Below, piece after piece: positions 24,533 through 34,583 of a stretch of 34,583 nt of DNA. The stretch lies in IMG/VR virus record IMGVR_UViG_3300050144_000026, positions 1 through 34,583 of that record. One strand, given 5' to 3'. The DNA comes from a virus (taxonomy: Duplodnaviria; Caudoviricetes). The notes beneath the pieces were generated by a model. The model did no database searches. It saw only the letters and a program-made list of their open reading frames with translations, and was not told where the DNA came from. Within the stretch, counting starts at the first letter, position 1; each line of letters begins with the position of its first letter. The translations under genes were made by a program, and so were the position numbers.

Positions 24533-27016
24533 ATGGCTAAGGCCAAAGGATCATTTAAGCCATTGGTGCGCGGCGTTAGTCAGCAGTCGCACGAGAGTCG
24601 CCTTGATGGGCAGGTGGGTGAACAAGTCAACATGCTCAGCGATCCTGTGCATGGGCTGGTTCGTCGGCCTGGGACCAAGGCAGAGTGGGCTTACCTCAAC
24701 ATCCCTGGGCTCGCTGCTCAGGACGACATGAAGGACTGGGTAGCCCGCGACGTTACGCTGGACGCTACCAAGTACACAGTGCTGCATCGCCGCAAGGCTG
24801 GCACACATACTAGCAACCTCTACATGTGGAGCCGCACAACCAAGACGCACACGCCTGTGGTGGAATCAGCTTCTGCCAAGACCATACTGTCTCAGGGCGT
24901 GTCCGGCATCGCTGCCGTGGGCAAGCTGCTCATCATGGCAGGCAAGGAGCACGTTGTCCAGGCTAACGCCGTTGAGCGCTGGAACACCGAGGCCAACCGT
25001 GGCACGGCGAGTATCTGGGTGCGAGGTGGCGCGTACTCCCGGACCTACAAGATCACGCTGATCTTCGACCTGGGCACTGTGACGGCAACGTACACCACAC
25101 CAAGCGCCAGCTACCAAGGCACGCTGACTACTGCCGATATTCCGTACACTGCGACGGATTATCAGAAGCAAGTTAACGACCGGGTTAACGCTTTCAATAG
25201 CGCCAGCACCAACTGGCTTGGCACTGCCGCCGCCGCTGTGCAGCCTCAGGCTATTGCCGGTCAACTCGTTACAGCCCTGGCTGCATACGTGACGGCGGGG
25301 CAGTTCGGTGTCACCTCGGTGAACGGTTCTGTCTGTGTGATCAACGGGACGTGGAAGCTGCAAAGCGTTAGCGTCTCGGACAGTGGCGATGGTTCGCTGT
25401 TGCGTGCTGTGCACCAGACTGTCAAGGACATTAGCCTGCTGGCTGAGGTTGCACTGCCGGGCAAGATCGTAAAGATCAAGCCAGACGAAAGCACGTACGG
25501 TTACTACATGAAGGCCGTGGGCACCTTGCCTGCGAGCACTAACTTCCAGCCTGTAACCTGGGCTGAGTGCGCTGGCACGGACGTAGATATCACCACCGCC
25601 TTTGCCGTTGGCACTGTGCTGGCCGGTACGCTGTACGTGTGCGGCAGTATCACGGAGCTTAACACCATCACTGGCAACAGCTTCCCGACTATCTCGTCTC
25701 GCCTTGTAGGTGACTCGGACAGCAACCCTGCACCGTACTTCGTTGGGCGCAAGATCACGTACCTGGGCAACTTCCAGGACCGTGTGGTGGTAGCCGCTGG
25801 GGGTGTGCTTAACTTCAGCCAAGTGGGCGACTACCTAAACTTCTTCCGCAACAGTGTGCTGACCGTAGCTGACAGTGATCCTGTCGAAGCGTACGCATCT
25901 GGCGGTGAGGATGATGTGATCCGGCACAGCGTGATCTTTGACAAGAACCTGCTGCTGTTCGGTGACTCACAACAGTACGTTGTAGGTGGCTCCGTGCCGC
26001 TGACTCCTAGCACTTCCCAGGTTGTGCAGTCCAGCGCACACAAGCAGACAACCAATGCGGTGCCGCTGGTCAACGGCGACCTAGTGTTCTATAGCACTGA
26101 GACTGCGGGCTCTACGCAGGTTAGCCAGATCGCCGTTGGCAACTACAGCGATACAAGCAACAGCAATGAGGTGACGCAACAGATCACCACGTACATCGAG
26201 GGCACGCCTATTGAGATGGCTGCGATGACCTCACCCGACATTGTTGTGGTGCGCTCTAGCGGTCGGCCTAATAGCATCTACGTGTTTCGGTACATCGACA
26301 GCGTGGGCCAGCAACAGCGGCTCATGGATAGCTGGAGTCGCTTTGACTACAGCCCGCTGCTCGGCCCTATCGTGGGCATGACGCTCTACAACAAGGAGTT
26401 GTTCTTGTTCTATGCTCGGCCACAAGGCGCTGGCTGTCTGCTCTCTGTGGACACGCAATCGCTGCTGGCTAAGCCGACGATCTACCCGCACTTGGACAGC
26501 ATGCGGCAGTATGCTACCGGCAGCTTGAATCAGTTTCAGGCGTACGCTAGCATGTCCTGCGCATTCGTCAAGGGACTGTCTCATCAAATGATGGGCGGCT
26601 CGATTAGCGAGGCGGCTGACCTAGTGGCTGAGTTTCCAACGGCGGACAGCACGCAGCTAATGGTGGGCATGCCGTTCGATTCTTACGTCGAGCTAACCAA
26701 CCCGTACCCCAAGGATCGGAATGGTGAGGTTGTTCCTAGCGTACGCTGCACTGTCACCAAGCTGACATTCACCTACGAGAACACGGGTGCCTTTGCTGTG
26801 CGTGTGGTCACTGACTACAGCAACGCTGAGGTGCTACGCTTCAGCGGGCGAAACGTCGGTGCTGCGTCGAGCATCATCGGCGGCAACCCTGTGGTTAATG
26901 GAACTGCGCAAGCATTCATTGGCCGCGAGACTCGTGACTACCGGGCAACCGTTAGCTCTGTCAACTGGCTACCACTAAGCATCAAGGGTGTGGAGTGGGT
27001 GGGCCAAGTGTTCTAA
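24533..27016 (+). CDS. Tail tubular protein B (nozzle)
   Basis: GVSQQ, NMLSDPVHGLVRRPG, FQDR, NFFR; 827 aa. Confidence 0.93.
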   Translation: MAKAKGSFKPLVRGVSQQSHESRLDGQVGEQVNMLSDPVHGLVRRPGTKAEWAYLNIPGLAAQDDMKDWVARDVTLDATKYTVLHRRKAGTHTSNLYMWSRTTKTHTPVVESASAKTILSQGVSGIAAVGKLLIMAGKEHVVQANAVERWNTEANRGTASIWVRGGAYSRTYKITLIFDLGTVTATYTTPSASYQGTLTTADIPYTATDYQKQVNDRVNAFNSASTNWLGTAAAAVQPQAIAGQLVTALAAYVTAGQFGVTSVNGSVCVINGTWKLQSVSVSDSGDGSLLRAVHQTVKDISLLAEVALPGKIVKIKPDESTYGYYMKAVGTLPASTNFQPVTWAECAGTDVDITTAFAVGTVLAGTLYVCGSITELNTITGNSFPTISSRLVGDSDSNPAPYFVGRKITYLGNFQDRVVVAAGGVLNFSQVGDYLNFFRNSVLTVADSDPVEAYASGGEDDVIRHSVIFDKNLLLFGDSQQYVVGGSVPLTPSTSQVVQSSAHKQTTNAVPLVNGDLVFYSTETAGSTQVSQIAVGNYSDTSNSNEVTQQITTYIEGTPIEMAAMTSPDIVVVRSSGRPNSIYVFRYIDSVGQQQRLMDSWSRFDYSPLLGPIVGMTLYNKELFLFYARPQGAGCLLSVDTQSLLAKPTIYPHLDSMRQYATGSLNQFQAYASMSCAFVKGLSHQMMGGSISEAADLVAEFPTADSTQLMVGMPFDSYVELTNPYPKDRNGEVVPSVRCTVTKLTFTYENTGAFAVRVVTDYSNAEVLRFSGRNVGAASSIIGGNPVVNGTAQAFIGRETRDYRATVSSVNWLPLSIKGVEWVGQVF

Positions 27017-27033
27017 CATAGGAGGATTTACAG

Positions 27034-27762
27034 ATGTGGCAATTCGCAGCACTAGCCACGATGAGTCTTATCAGTGGCGAGGCTTCGCGTGATGCACAGC
27101 GAGCCTCAAACATTGTGGCTGACGCTACGGCAGCAGCCAAGAATAAGATTCGGGAAGGGCGCAACCAAGAGGCCGCAGCGCAGGGAAATCTTGCACGCTA
27201 TATGCAGCAGGAGAACAACAAGCGCCGCATGAACGCCGCCGCGAATCAAGAAGCTGCCATGAAGATGACGCTCGTGCGGTCGCTGGATTCACAGGCCGCT
27301 GGCAGTCTTGAGTCGCAGATCGCTAACGCTGAGCAGGCCGGTGCATACGCAGCCAACGCTGCGCTAAGCGGTACGCTGGGCGTGGCGAGCGATCTGATTG
27401 ACGAGACAGCACGACTACAGCGGGCACGCAGTACGTTCTACCGTGAGCGTACTAACGGCCAAGCTAACTACGATGCGATGCAGCAGATTGCCGGGGTGAT
27501 CCCGCAGGCTTCGTCGGGTCTGGACGTTACGTCTTACAACGACGGCATTGATTACAGCGTGGACTTGAGCAATGCTCAACCCGTGCAGGGCAACTGGCTT
27601 CTGGATATTGCTAAGGCTGCAACGCAGTACGGTATGGCTGGAGGCTTTGGCTCTACAGGCGCGGCTACTCCAACCACTACGGCTGGTACAGCAGGCACGG
27701 GGTTCAGTACGCCAAGCACAGGCTTCTGGTCTACGCCGTCAACTTCAACACTACGCTTTTAA
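27034..27762 (+). CDS. Internal virion (ejection) protein A
   Basis: AGGAGG RBS, Ala/Gln-rich helical, syntenic with T7 gp14. Confidence 0.8.
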   Translation: MWQFAALATMSLISGEASRDAQRASNIVADATAAAKNKIREGRNQEAAAQGNLARYMQQENNKRRMNAAANQEAAMKMTLVRSLDSQAAGSLESQIANAEQAGAYAANAALSGTLGVASDLIDETARLQRARSTFYRERTNGQANYDAMQQIAGVIPQASSGLDVTSYNDGIDYSVDLSNAQPVQGNWLLDIAKAATQYGMAGGFGSTGAATPTTTAGTAGTGFSTPSTGFWSTPSTSTLRF

Positions 27763-27770
27763 GGATTGAT

Positions 27771-30035
27771 ATGGGTACATGGTCTGGTTACTCAGAGCGG
27801 GGTACAGGGTCGCAAGAGCGTGGCCCAGCAACCTTTGCATTAGCGCAGCCCGGCGTTAATCCGGCTGAACAAGCTGGCACTAACGCTGTGGCAGTTAACG
27901 GTGGTGTGCGTGGGCAGAACCCCGGCAACACGGCGAGCACAATCGCCATTGATCCTAACTCGGATCGCACTATTCAAACTCTGGTCCGCATGGGCGAGAG
28001 TATCATGGCACCCAAGCTGCAAGAACTCAAGCAGCGTAAGTTCATGGAGGGCATGGTAGCCGCTGCTGGCGGGCAAGCATTGGCTGAGGTTGTGAATGAG
28101 CAGCCTTGGTATTCCAAGATTTTCGGTGACGGCCCTGTGGTCGAAGGGGCCAAGGCTTGGACGGTGCAGTCTAAGGTGGATGCCTGGGCTACGAAGCAAG
28201 AGCTTAGTATGCCTGAGCTAGCGCAGATGCCCGCCTCGGAAATCCCGGCTTATCTGACTGAGCAGAGCAAGCAGTTCCTGACTGGTGACCCTGAGCTTGA
28301 TGTTCAGGTGCAGGCCAACATGCTGCGCGTTGCACCTCAGTTGATCAAGGCGCATGCACGGGCTAACCTGGAGCATAACCAGCGGGCTGCTGACGTAGCC
28401 TGGAACAACAGCTTGACTGCTAAGGCTGATCGCTTTGAGGCTGCTGCTCGTAACCTAAATACCCCAGACGCCGAGCTGGACGGTATGCGTACGGAGCTGC
28501 TGGCTAACATCTCACCAGTCACGGGTCAGAACCTTGTGCGCTGGGAGAAGAATGTCAAGGCGCACATCCAGGGCCAGATTCAGGCGGGCAACTTCAAGAC
28601 TGCTAACCTGTACAGCGAGGCCATCGTGCCTCAGATGCAGCCTGCTGAGCAGCTTGCGTTCGCTCAACAGTTAAAGAGTTGGGGCAACTACCACAAGGCC
28701 ACCACTGGCGGTGAGTATCTGATGCAGGCAGAATCCTGGGAGGCCCAACTGCATGCAGGTAAGCTAAGCGTGGATGACTACGTTAGCCGCATTGGCTTCT
28801 TGAATGACTCGTTCAGCAAGGCCACCGGCAATCCAGCGCCTATCCGCACAGGTGCCGAGGTCGCTGCCATTGCTGGCCGTGGTGAGCAACGTGCTTACAA
28901 CGTGCATGCCGCCCGCATGGCCGAGGATGAGCGCGTGCTAGCTAAGGCCCGCACAGCCCAGGAGGTTGAGGCGGCAAAGCTCAATGTTGTGAGCGCTGCG
29001 TCCGAGGCACTGGTCGCGGGTAACGTGATGTTCACTGCGTACAAGCAGGCAGACAAGGAGGCTGCGTTCGCGCAACTGCTGAACACTGCCAAGCCAGAGG
29101 ACAAGCCTGGGCTCATCATCAAGGCCACCGCTCTGGGCTATGTGGATAGCAACATGAAGGACTCGTTGCAGCAGCCGCTGCGCATGAGTGGGCGTGAGAC
29201 TCCTGATGATAGCTTCATGGGTGCGTACGCGCAGTGGCAACAACTCAACTACATGACCGGCCCTAACGGTCAGCCTGTAGCCCGCCCTGGTGCAGCCGAG
29301 GCATCTGACAAGATGTACGGTGAGTACAATCAGCGTCTGGCTGTGTTCCATAGCTGGATGGATAACGGTAAGGCTACTGGGCGCGCCGCTGAGATTGCGT
29401 ACAAGACTGCCTTTGTGCAGCCTGTGATGCCGGTACGCCTTGGGCATGAGCAACAGAAGCAGGCGGCTAAGTCCATCGTTACGTTGATCCAAGACCGAGA
29501 CAGCTTCTTCACTTCGATGAACCCGTTTAAGGCAAAGGTTGACGAACACGCTGAGCGTACCATCGCCAATGCTGTGCTGCCATTCTACTCCACGCTGCAC
29601 TCCATGCTGCCGGAAGCTGAGCAGCCTAAGCATGCACTTGCCCAGGCCCGCAACACCAACCTCGAACTGGGGTACGGTGATGACTCGATCCTGGCATGGA
29701 CTAAGCCTAACTCTGCTGAGCCTATCAATGTGATCCTGGGGCGCCGACTTGGCATCCCGGAATCGCAACACGGGCCTAGCATTGAGCGAGCATTCCGTGC
29801 TAAGCTGGATGCCCTGGAAGATAAGCCGGGCGGTGCCACATGGTTCCGCAATGCTGACGAGAATGGGCAAGCTAGCTTTACTGGTTTCTGGGTTAAGTCT
29901 GATGGCAGTCGTGGCACTGTGCAAGTCACAGGCGATGAGATTGCCGCACAGTACAAGGCCAAGGTCGCCAAGCCTAAGGCAAAGCCTAACGCCCCAGTCG
30001 ATGACTGGGCACTACGTAACGGAACTAACTACTAA
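27771..30035 (+). CDS. Internal virion (ejection) protein B
   Basis: 754 aa helical protein, syntenic with T7 gp15. Confidence 0.82.
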   Translation: MGTWSGYSERGTGSQERGPATFALAQPGVNPAEQAGTNAVAVNGGVRGQNPGNTASTIAIDPNSDRTIQTLVRMGESIMAPKLQELKQRKFMEGMVAAAGGQALAEVVNEQPWYSKIFGDGPVVEGAKAWTVQSKVDAWATKQELSMPELAQMPASEIPAYLTEQSKQFLTGDPELDVQVQANMLRVAPQLIKAHARANLEHNQRAADVAWNNSLTAKADRFEAAARNLNTPDAELDGMRTELLANISPVTGQNLVRWEKNVKAHIQGQIQAGNFKTANLYSEAIVPQMQPAEQLAFAQQLKSWGNYHKATTGGEYLMQAESWEAQLHAGKLSVDDYVSRIGFLNDSFSKATGNPAPIRTGAEVAAIAGRGEQRAYNVHAARMAEDERVLAKARTAQEVEAAKLNVVSAASEALVAGNVMFTAYKQADKEAAFAQLLNTAKPEDKPGLIIKATALGYVDSNMKDSLQQPLRMSGRETPDDSFMGAYAQWQQLNYMTGPNGQPVARPGAAEASDKMYGEYNQRLAVFHSWMDNGKATGRAAEIAYKTAFVQPVMPVRLGHEQQKQAAKSIVTLIQDRDSFFTSMNPFKAKVDEHAERTIANAVLPFYSTLHSMLPEAEQPKHALAQARNTNLELGYGDDSILAWTKPNSAEPINVILGRRLGIPESQHGPSIERAFRAKLDALEDKPGGATWFRNADENGQASFTGFWVKSDGSRGTVQVTGDEIAAQYKAKVAKPKAKPNAPVDDWALRNGTNY

Positions 30036-30044
30036 GAGGAATCT

Positions 30045-33000
30045 ATGAACCTTCAAGAACTCAAGGCCATGAGCCGAGCAGACGCACTTGCTGCTGCTGA
30101 TACTTACGCTGGCGTTGAACCTGGGGTTCATGATTCCATCTGGCGTAAGGAATCTACTCGCGGGCTGAACATGGTCGGCCCTGAGACTGAGCACGGTACT
30201 GCTAAGGGGCATTTCCAGATGCTTGATAAGACTGCCGCAACCTGGGAAAAGCGCCTGGGCACCAAGCTGGATCGCTTCGACTTCCATGAATCCCTGTGGG
30301 CTGCGGCCAACCAGATGAAGGAGAACCGAACAGCTACTGCTGACACCGCTGAGGCGCTGGCTATGTACCACGGCGGCACTGAGCGCAAAAACTGGGGGCC
30401 TAAGACTGCTGCTTACGTTAAGGAGATTCTGGGCCAGGAGTTGCCCGCTCCTGCTGCACAAGCTAGTCGCAAGGCGAAGCTGAACACTAGCACCCTCACG
30501 CCTGAGATGGCGCGTGGCATGACGCTAGAGGACATTCAGGCACTGGGCGATCCGCTGCCTGAGGTTGACAAGTACGTGCGCCCTGTGCTGCTGACGCCTA
30601 ACCGTGGTGACGCTACGGGTGCATCTACCTTGATACCTGAGCAACAGCGACAATACGAAGCTGAGCGTCAAGCTGACTGGGATAAGCGTAACGGTGTGTC
30701 GTTTGGCACCAAGATCGCTGAGGGTTATCGCAAGGCGGCTGACCCTACCTTCCGCTTTATCTCCCGCCTGAACGGCAACTACTCCGTAGGCCCAGCCAAC
30801 CCTGAGTTCGCTGAGGGGCTGGCCGCTGACCCTACCAAGCTGATTGGGTTCGAGCAGGAGGAACGTGAGATTCTGCTGGACAGCGCCAACGAGAAGGACT
30901 TCGCTTTCCGTAAGGATCAGATTCTCCTTGACCGTGAGCGCAACCAAAGTATCTACGCTACTGGGGGCGTGGCTGGGTTCACCGCTGAGCTTATCGGCGG
31001 TCTGGCTGAGCCGGGCGGCTTTGTGGCTGGCATGGGCGTCGGCAAAGCCGTGGCTATGGCTGGGCTAGGTGCGCGAGCACTGGCTCAGGCAGGCCGAGCA
31101 GGGGCCGCTGTGGCCTCTACAGCAGCCGAGAATGCGTTGGGTAACGTGGCCTATGGGGCTGCATTGCAGATCGCTGGTGATCACCGTACGGTGGCCGACT
31201 ACGCCATGGATGCAACTACCGGGGCTGTCATGGGCCTGGCATTCAGCCGGGGCACGTACAAAGACGCCATGCTGGCGCACGCTAGCAATGCGCGGGACGC
31301 TGCCCTCAAGTCTGACCTCGACAACCTGCAAGAAGCTATCAAGCGGGTTGGCCCTGATGCAGACGAAGCTACGCTCAAGCGTACGCTGAACGAGATTGAG
31401 TCCGAGAAGATCAAGAACGTAGTGAACTCTGGCAAGGCGGGCGCTGAGGAAGCTGACCGCATCCCAGCCCGCGACCCTGTGGAGTTAATGGACGAGTACG
31501 CCGATGCGCCCGCTGAGCCTGTAGCTGAGGCTAGCGTGCCTGAAGTCAAGGCCCCGCCCGAGGTTCCGGCTAGCCAGTTCCTTAACCGCGATGCTTGGCT
31601 GACCCAGGAGATTATCGCCCCGGCGATGACCGAGCAATGGAAGGCTGACTACGGTCTGACCTTGACGCCGCAAGAGCAACGTGCTCACGGCACGGGTGCT
31701 CACCTCGATCCGTCTGTGTCTGCTAACGCACGCGAAGTCCAAGCCTTTGCTAAGATCGTTGACGGTCTCGTTAAGAAGTACGCAGACGGGCTGAGCCTGA
31801 CCTTGACCAGCGGTGCTAAGTGGCTGGACTCTGCAAATGCCTTGGGAGGCTTCCTGCCGACTGGCAAGAGTTCTGGCGTGCTGATGCTGCGCAACCGTGA
31901 GGATGCATTCTCTACGGCTATTCATGAGGTGGGCCACGCCATCGCTGCATGGCGTCTGAACAAGGTTGACACCAATGTTCGTGACGATGTGCTGCGTGCT
32001 TACCACGACTGGATGACCAGCATGGACCACCCTGATGGCACGTTCACTGCGCTGGGTCGCTGGAGTGCCATTAATACCAAGGTGAACGGGTACGACAACC
32101 TTGACAAGCCTCTGCATATGCAGGTCAAGGCGGACCAAGCCCGCGCACGTAATGAGAAGCTGGCTGATGGGCGCACCCTGGACTACGTGCGCAACTTCGA
32201 TGAGTGGACTGCCGAGCAGTTCGTTAAGCACATCGAGAAGCTGTACCACGACGGCAGCAAGGAAGCTCCCAAGCTGCCCAAGAAGATTCGTGACAGGGTG
32301 ATGGAACTCTTTGACTCGCTCAAGGAGTTGTTCACCAAGGCTAAGAGCCACGGCTTGCTGGGTGCTGATGCGCGCTTCGAGACGTTCCTCAAGGCCGAGC
32401 TGCAATCCATGCCCAGCCCTGCCGTGATGGCAATGGTTGAACCGTCTGCCGCCAAGGTGGCGCCGTCTACCCAACTGCAAGCTCTGCGTCAAAGCGCTGA
32501 TGCTAAGCGGTTCGGCCTGGACTCTATGCCTCTGGACAGCCCAGTGGCCCGCGCAGAGTTCCGCATTGTGCTGGAAATGCACAAGAAGGCGGAGCAGTGG
32601 GCAAAGGCTAACCCTGTGGACGCTGAGCGCCTGAAGGCCCTGACTGCTGGCAACCGCACGTTCGGATCGACTGGCATCAACTTGGCAGGCAGTGCTAACC
32701 CACTGGCTCGGATGATTGCAGGTACGCTGCTAGAAGTTACCACGGGTGCCCAAGGTCGCCGTACCACTGCCGCCATCGCTGCTGCTGGCTACGAACGTCA
32801 GTTCATTGGCAACACCCTGAACGTCTACCAAGATCACTACGCTACGTGGCGCAAGCTACAAGGCCAATCGTGGATTGCTGACGTTAAGGGCAATGAGTTG
32901 CGTGGTCGCTTCGATAAGCTGGTGGCTGCGGAGATTGAAGCGCGTGGCACTGGCAATGCAGTACAGTCGCACCCATTGGTGGTGCAGGCTGCTGATGCAC

Positions 33001-34583
33001 TCGAAGCTGGTTACGATCGTATGCGCGTGACGATGCAGGACGTTGGTGCTGTGGGCTTTGCGCGACTGGGTGAAACCAGCCGTGGCTACATGCCGCACAT
33101 GCTGGCTGCTGAGACTGTGCGTGATATGACCAATGCTCAACGGGCAGCGTTCATTGACTCGCTCAAGGATCAGTTCATGCAGAACCAGGGCTGGGATGCA
33201 GCGTTCTCTGCTGAGCTAGCTCGGAAGTACATGGACCACGCTATCATCAACGCTAACGGTGGGCATGAGATTCCTGCCAATGTGCACAGCCCTGCTGCTG
33301 CCGACATGGTGCGCGATGCTCTGCTGGCACTCAACATGCCCAAGCAGGACTTAGAGGCGATCATGGGTAAGTTCTCCCGTGGTGGTGCGAGCTTCACCAA
33401 GAAGCGTTTGCATCTGGACCTGAACAAGCAGTACGATGATAACGGTACGCCGTTCACCTTGCTGGACTTGTTCAATACGGATCAACTCAGCCTGTACCGC
33501 AACTACGCGCGCCGGGCTGCTGGTGAGACTGCGCTGATGCAGAACGGTGTGGCTGGCTCGCAAGGGCTGAAGCTAATCCGCCGCGCCATGATGTTCGGTG
33601 AAGAAGGTAAGCGTGCATCCGTGGCTGACATGGAAGCGTTTGACCAGATCGCTGCTGAGTTCCTGGGCCAGCCCTTTGGTACTGCTAGCGGTAAGTGGGC
33701 GGATCGCGCAATGTCGGCTAACGCCTTGGTGTCGCTGGGTGGTAACATCTGGTCGCAGCTTGGTGAAACCATTAACGCTGCATGGTCGGTGGGTATCAAC
33801 GGCATGATGGATAGCATCGCATCTGCACCTCGTATTCGGAGCGAGATTCTTGCTCTGGCTAAGGGGCAGAAGGTTGACAGTATCCTGAACAGTATCGAGG
33901 GCTTCGGTGGGCAGGGCGAGTTTGGTATGGACGGCTACAAGCTGGTCATGCCGTACGACACGCCTAACAATGCACACGAAGTCTACGGGGCCGACACTCC
34001 CAACATGCTTGACCGCATGCTGCGTGCCGGTGCGCATGCTCAGGGTGTGGTTAACTTCTGGCGTGCTACGACTGCTATCCAGCAGCGCGGCATGGCTGAG
34101 CAGATCACCAAGAAGGCTATCCGCTACATCACTGAGGGCAAGTCTGACAAGGCGCTGCGAGACATGGGCATTACTGCTGATGTGGCTGCACGTCTCAAGG
34201 CTGACATGCCTAACATGACCGTCTACAACAACGGCAAGCTGGTAGAGTTTGATCTGAGCAAGGCGCAGGATGTGCACGCGGCGCGAGCCTTTGCGCATAC
34301 TGTGTCCCGTGGTACGAAGCAGATCATTCAGGGCACCTTCATTGGTGAGACTGGCGCATGGGCGCACTCTGGCCTGTTGAAGCTGATGACGCAGTTCCGC
34401 TCTTTCCCGCTTATCAGCATGGAGAAGCAATGGGCTCGGCAGAAGGCTAACCACGGGCTTGCTGGTGCGCTCGGCATGATGGCCGGTAGTATGTCTATGG
34501 TGCTGCCCATCGTGGCCGCACGGGTAGCTGCTGGGGCTGTTGGTCGCAAGGACAAGGAAGCCTACATTGAGAAGAACATGAAC
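30045..34583 (+). CDS. Large internal virion (ejection) protein with N-terminal lytic transglycosylase domain (3' truncated)
   Basis: Absent from the ORF track, consistent with no stop before the window end. GAGGA RBS, MNLQELKAMS..., SLT motifs IWRKES, AKGHFQM, AMYHGG; syntenic with T7 gp16. Confidence 0.9.
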   Translation, partial: MNLQELKAMSRADALAAADTYAGVEPGVHDSIWRKESTRGLNMVGPETEHGTAKGHFQMLDKTAATWEKRLGTKLDRFDFHESLWAAANQMKENRTATADTAEALAMYHGGTERKNWGPKTAAYVKEILGQELPAPAAQASRKAKLNTSTLTPEMARGMTLEDIQALGDPLPEVDKYVRPVLLTPNRGDATGASTLIPEQQRQYEAERQADWDKRNGVSFGTKIAEGYRKAADPTFRFISRLNGNYSVGPANPEFAEGLAADPTKLIGFEQEEREILLDSANEKDFAFRKDQILLDRERNQSIYATGGVAGFTAELIGGLAEPGGFVAGMGVGKAVAMAGLGARALAQAGRAGAAVASTAAENALGNVAYGAALQIAGDHRTVADYAMDATTGAVMGLAFSRGTYKDAMLAHASNARDAALKSDLDNLQEAIKRVGPDADEATLKRTLNEIESEKIKNVVNSGKAGAEEADRIPARDPVELMDEYADAPAEPVAEASVPEVKAPPEVPASQFLNRDAWLTQEIIAPAMTEQWKADYGLTLTPQEQRAHGTGAHLDPSVSANAREVQAFAKIVDGLVKKYADGLSLTLTSGAKWLDSANALGGFLPTGKSSGVLMLRNREDAFSTAIHEVGHAIAAWRLNKVDTNVRDDVLRAYHDWMTSMDHPDGTFTALGRWSAINTKVNGYDNLDKPLHMQVKADQARARNEKLADGRTLDYVRNFDEWTAEQFVKHIEKLYHDGSKEAPKLPKKIRDRVMELFDSLKELFTKAKSHGLLGADARFETFLKAELQSMPSPAVMAMVEPSAAKVAPSTQLQALRQSADAKRFGLDSMPLDSPVARAEFRIVLEMHKKAEQWAKANPVDAERLKALTAGNRTFGSTGINLAGSANPLARMIAGTLLEVTTGAQGRRTTAAIAAAGYERQFIGNTLNVYQDHYATWRKLQGQSWIADVKGNELRGRFDKLVAAEIEARGTGNAVQSHPLVVQAADALEAGYDRMRVTMQDVGAVGFARLGETSRGYMPHMLAAETVRDMTNAQRAAFIDSLKDQFMQNQGWDAAFSAELARKYMDHAIINANGGHEIPANVHSPAAADMVRDALLALNMPKQDLEAIMGKFSRGGASFTKKRLHLDLNKQYDDNGTPFTLLDLFNTDQLSLYRNYARRAAGETALMQNGVAGSQGLKLIRRAMMFGEEGKRASVADMEAFDQIAAEFLGQPFGTASGKWADRAMSANALVSLGGNIWSQLGETINAAWSVGINGMMDSIASAPRIRSEILALAKGQKVDSILNSIEGFGGQGEFGMDGYKLVMPYDTPNNAHEVYGADTPNMLDRMLRAGAHAQGVVNFWRATTAIQQRGMAEQITKKAIRYITEGKSDKALRDMGITADVAARLKADMPNMTVYNNGKLVEFDLSKAQDVHAARAFAHTVSRGTKQIIQGTFIGETGAWAHSGLLKLMTQFRSFPLISMEKQWARQKANHGLAGALGMMAGSMSMVLPIVAARVAAGAVGRKDKEAYIEKNMN

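Overview
About 34.6 kb of a lytic T7-like podophage (Autographiviridae) with the phiKMV-type layout: the single-subunit RNA polymerase lies after the DNA-replication genes and before the structural genes. All supported genes are on the + strand. The sequence looks circularly permuted. It opens with the end of the late region (tail-fibre-like C-terminus, spanins), then a ~1.65 kb non-coding stretch that probably contains the genome ends (phased short repeats, a phage promoter, several sigma70-like promoters, a structured leader). Next come small early genes, primase, helicase, family A DNA polymerase, nucleases, a nucleotide pyrophosphohydrolase, ligase and RNAP, then portal, scaffold, capsid, tail tubular and internal virion genes, the last truncated at the window end. 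Most notable: (1) a free-standing 42-aa peptide resembling the redox-active C-terminal tail of class I ribonucleotide reductase; (2) a signal-peptide outer-membrane beta-barrel gene between helicase and polymerase; (3) back-to-back copies of the putative phage promoter after RNAP, one firing antisense into RNAP; (4) a zincin HExxH domain in the ejection protein; (5) a candidate SAM-lyase/PII-fold early protein; (6) small membrane ORFs missed by the ORF track. Family assignments come from motif recognition and synteny; no database searches were run.
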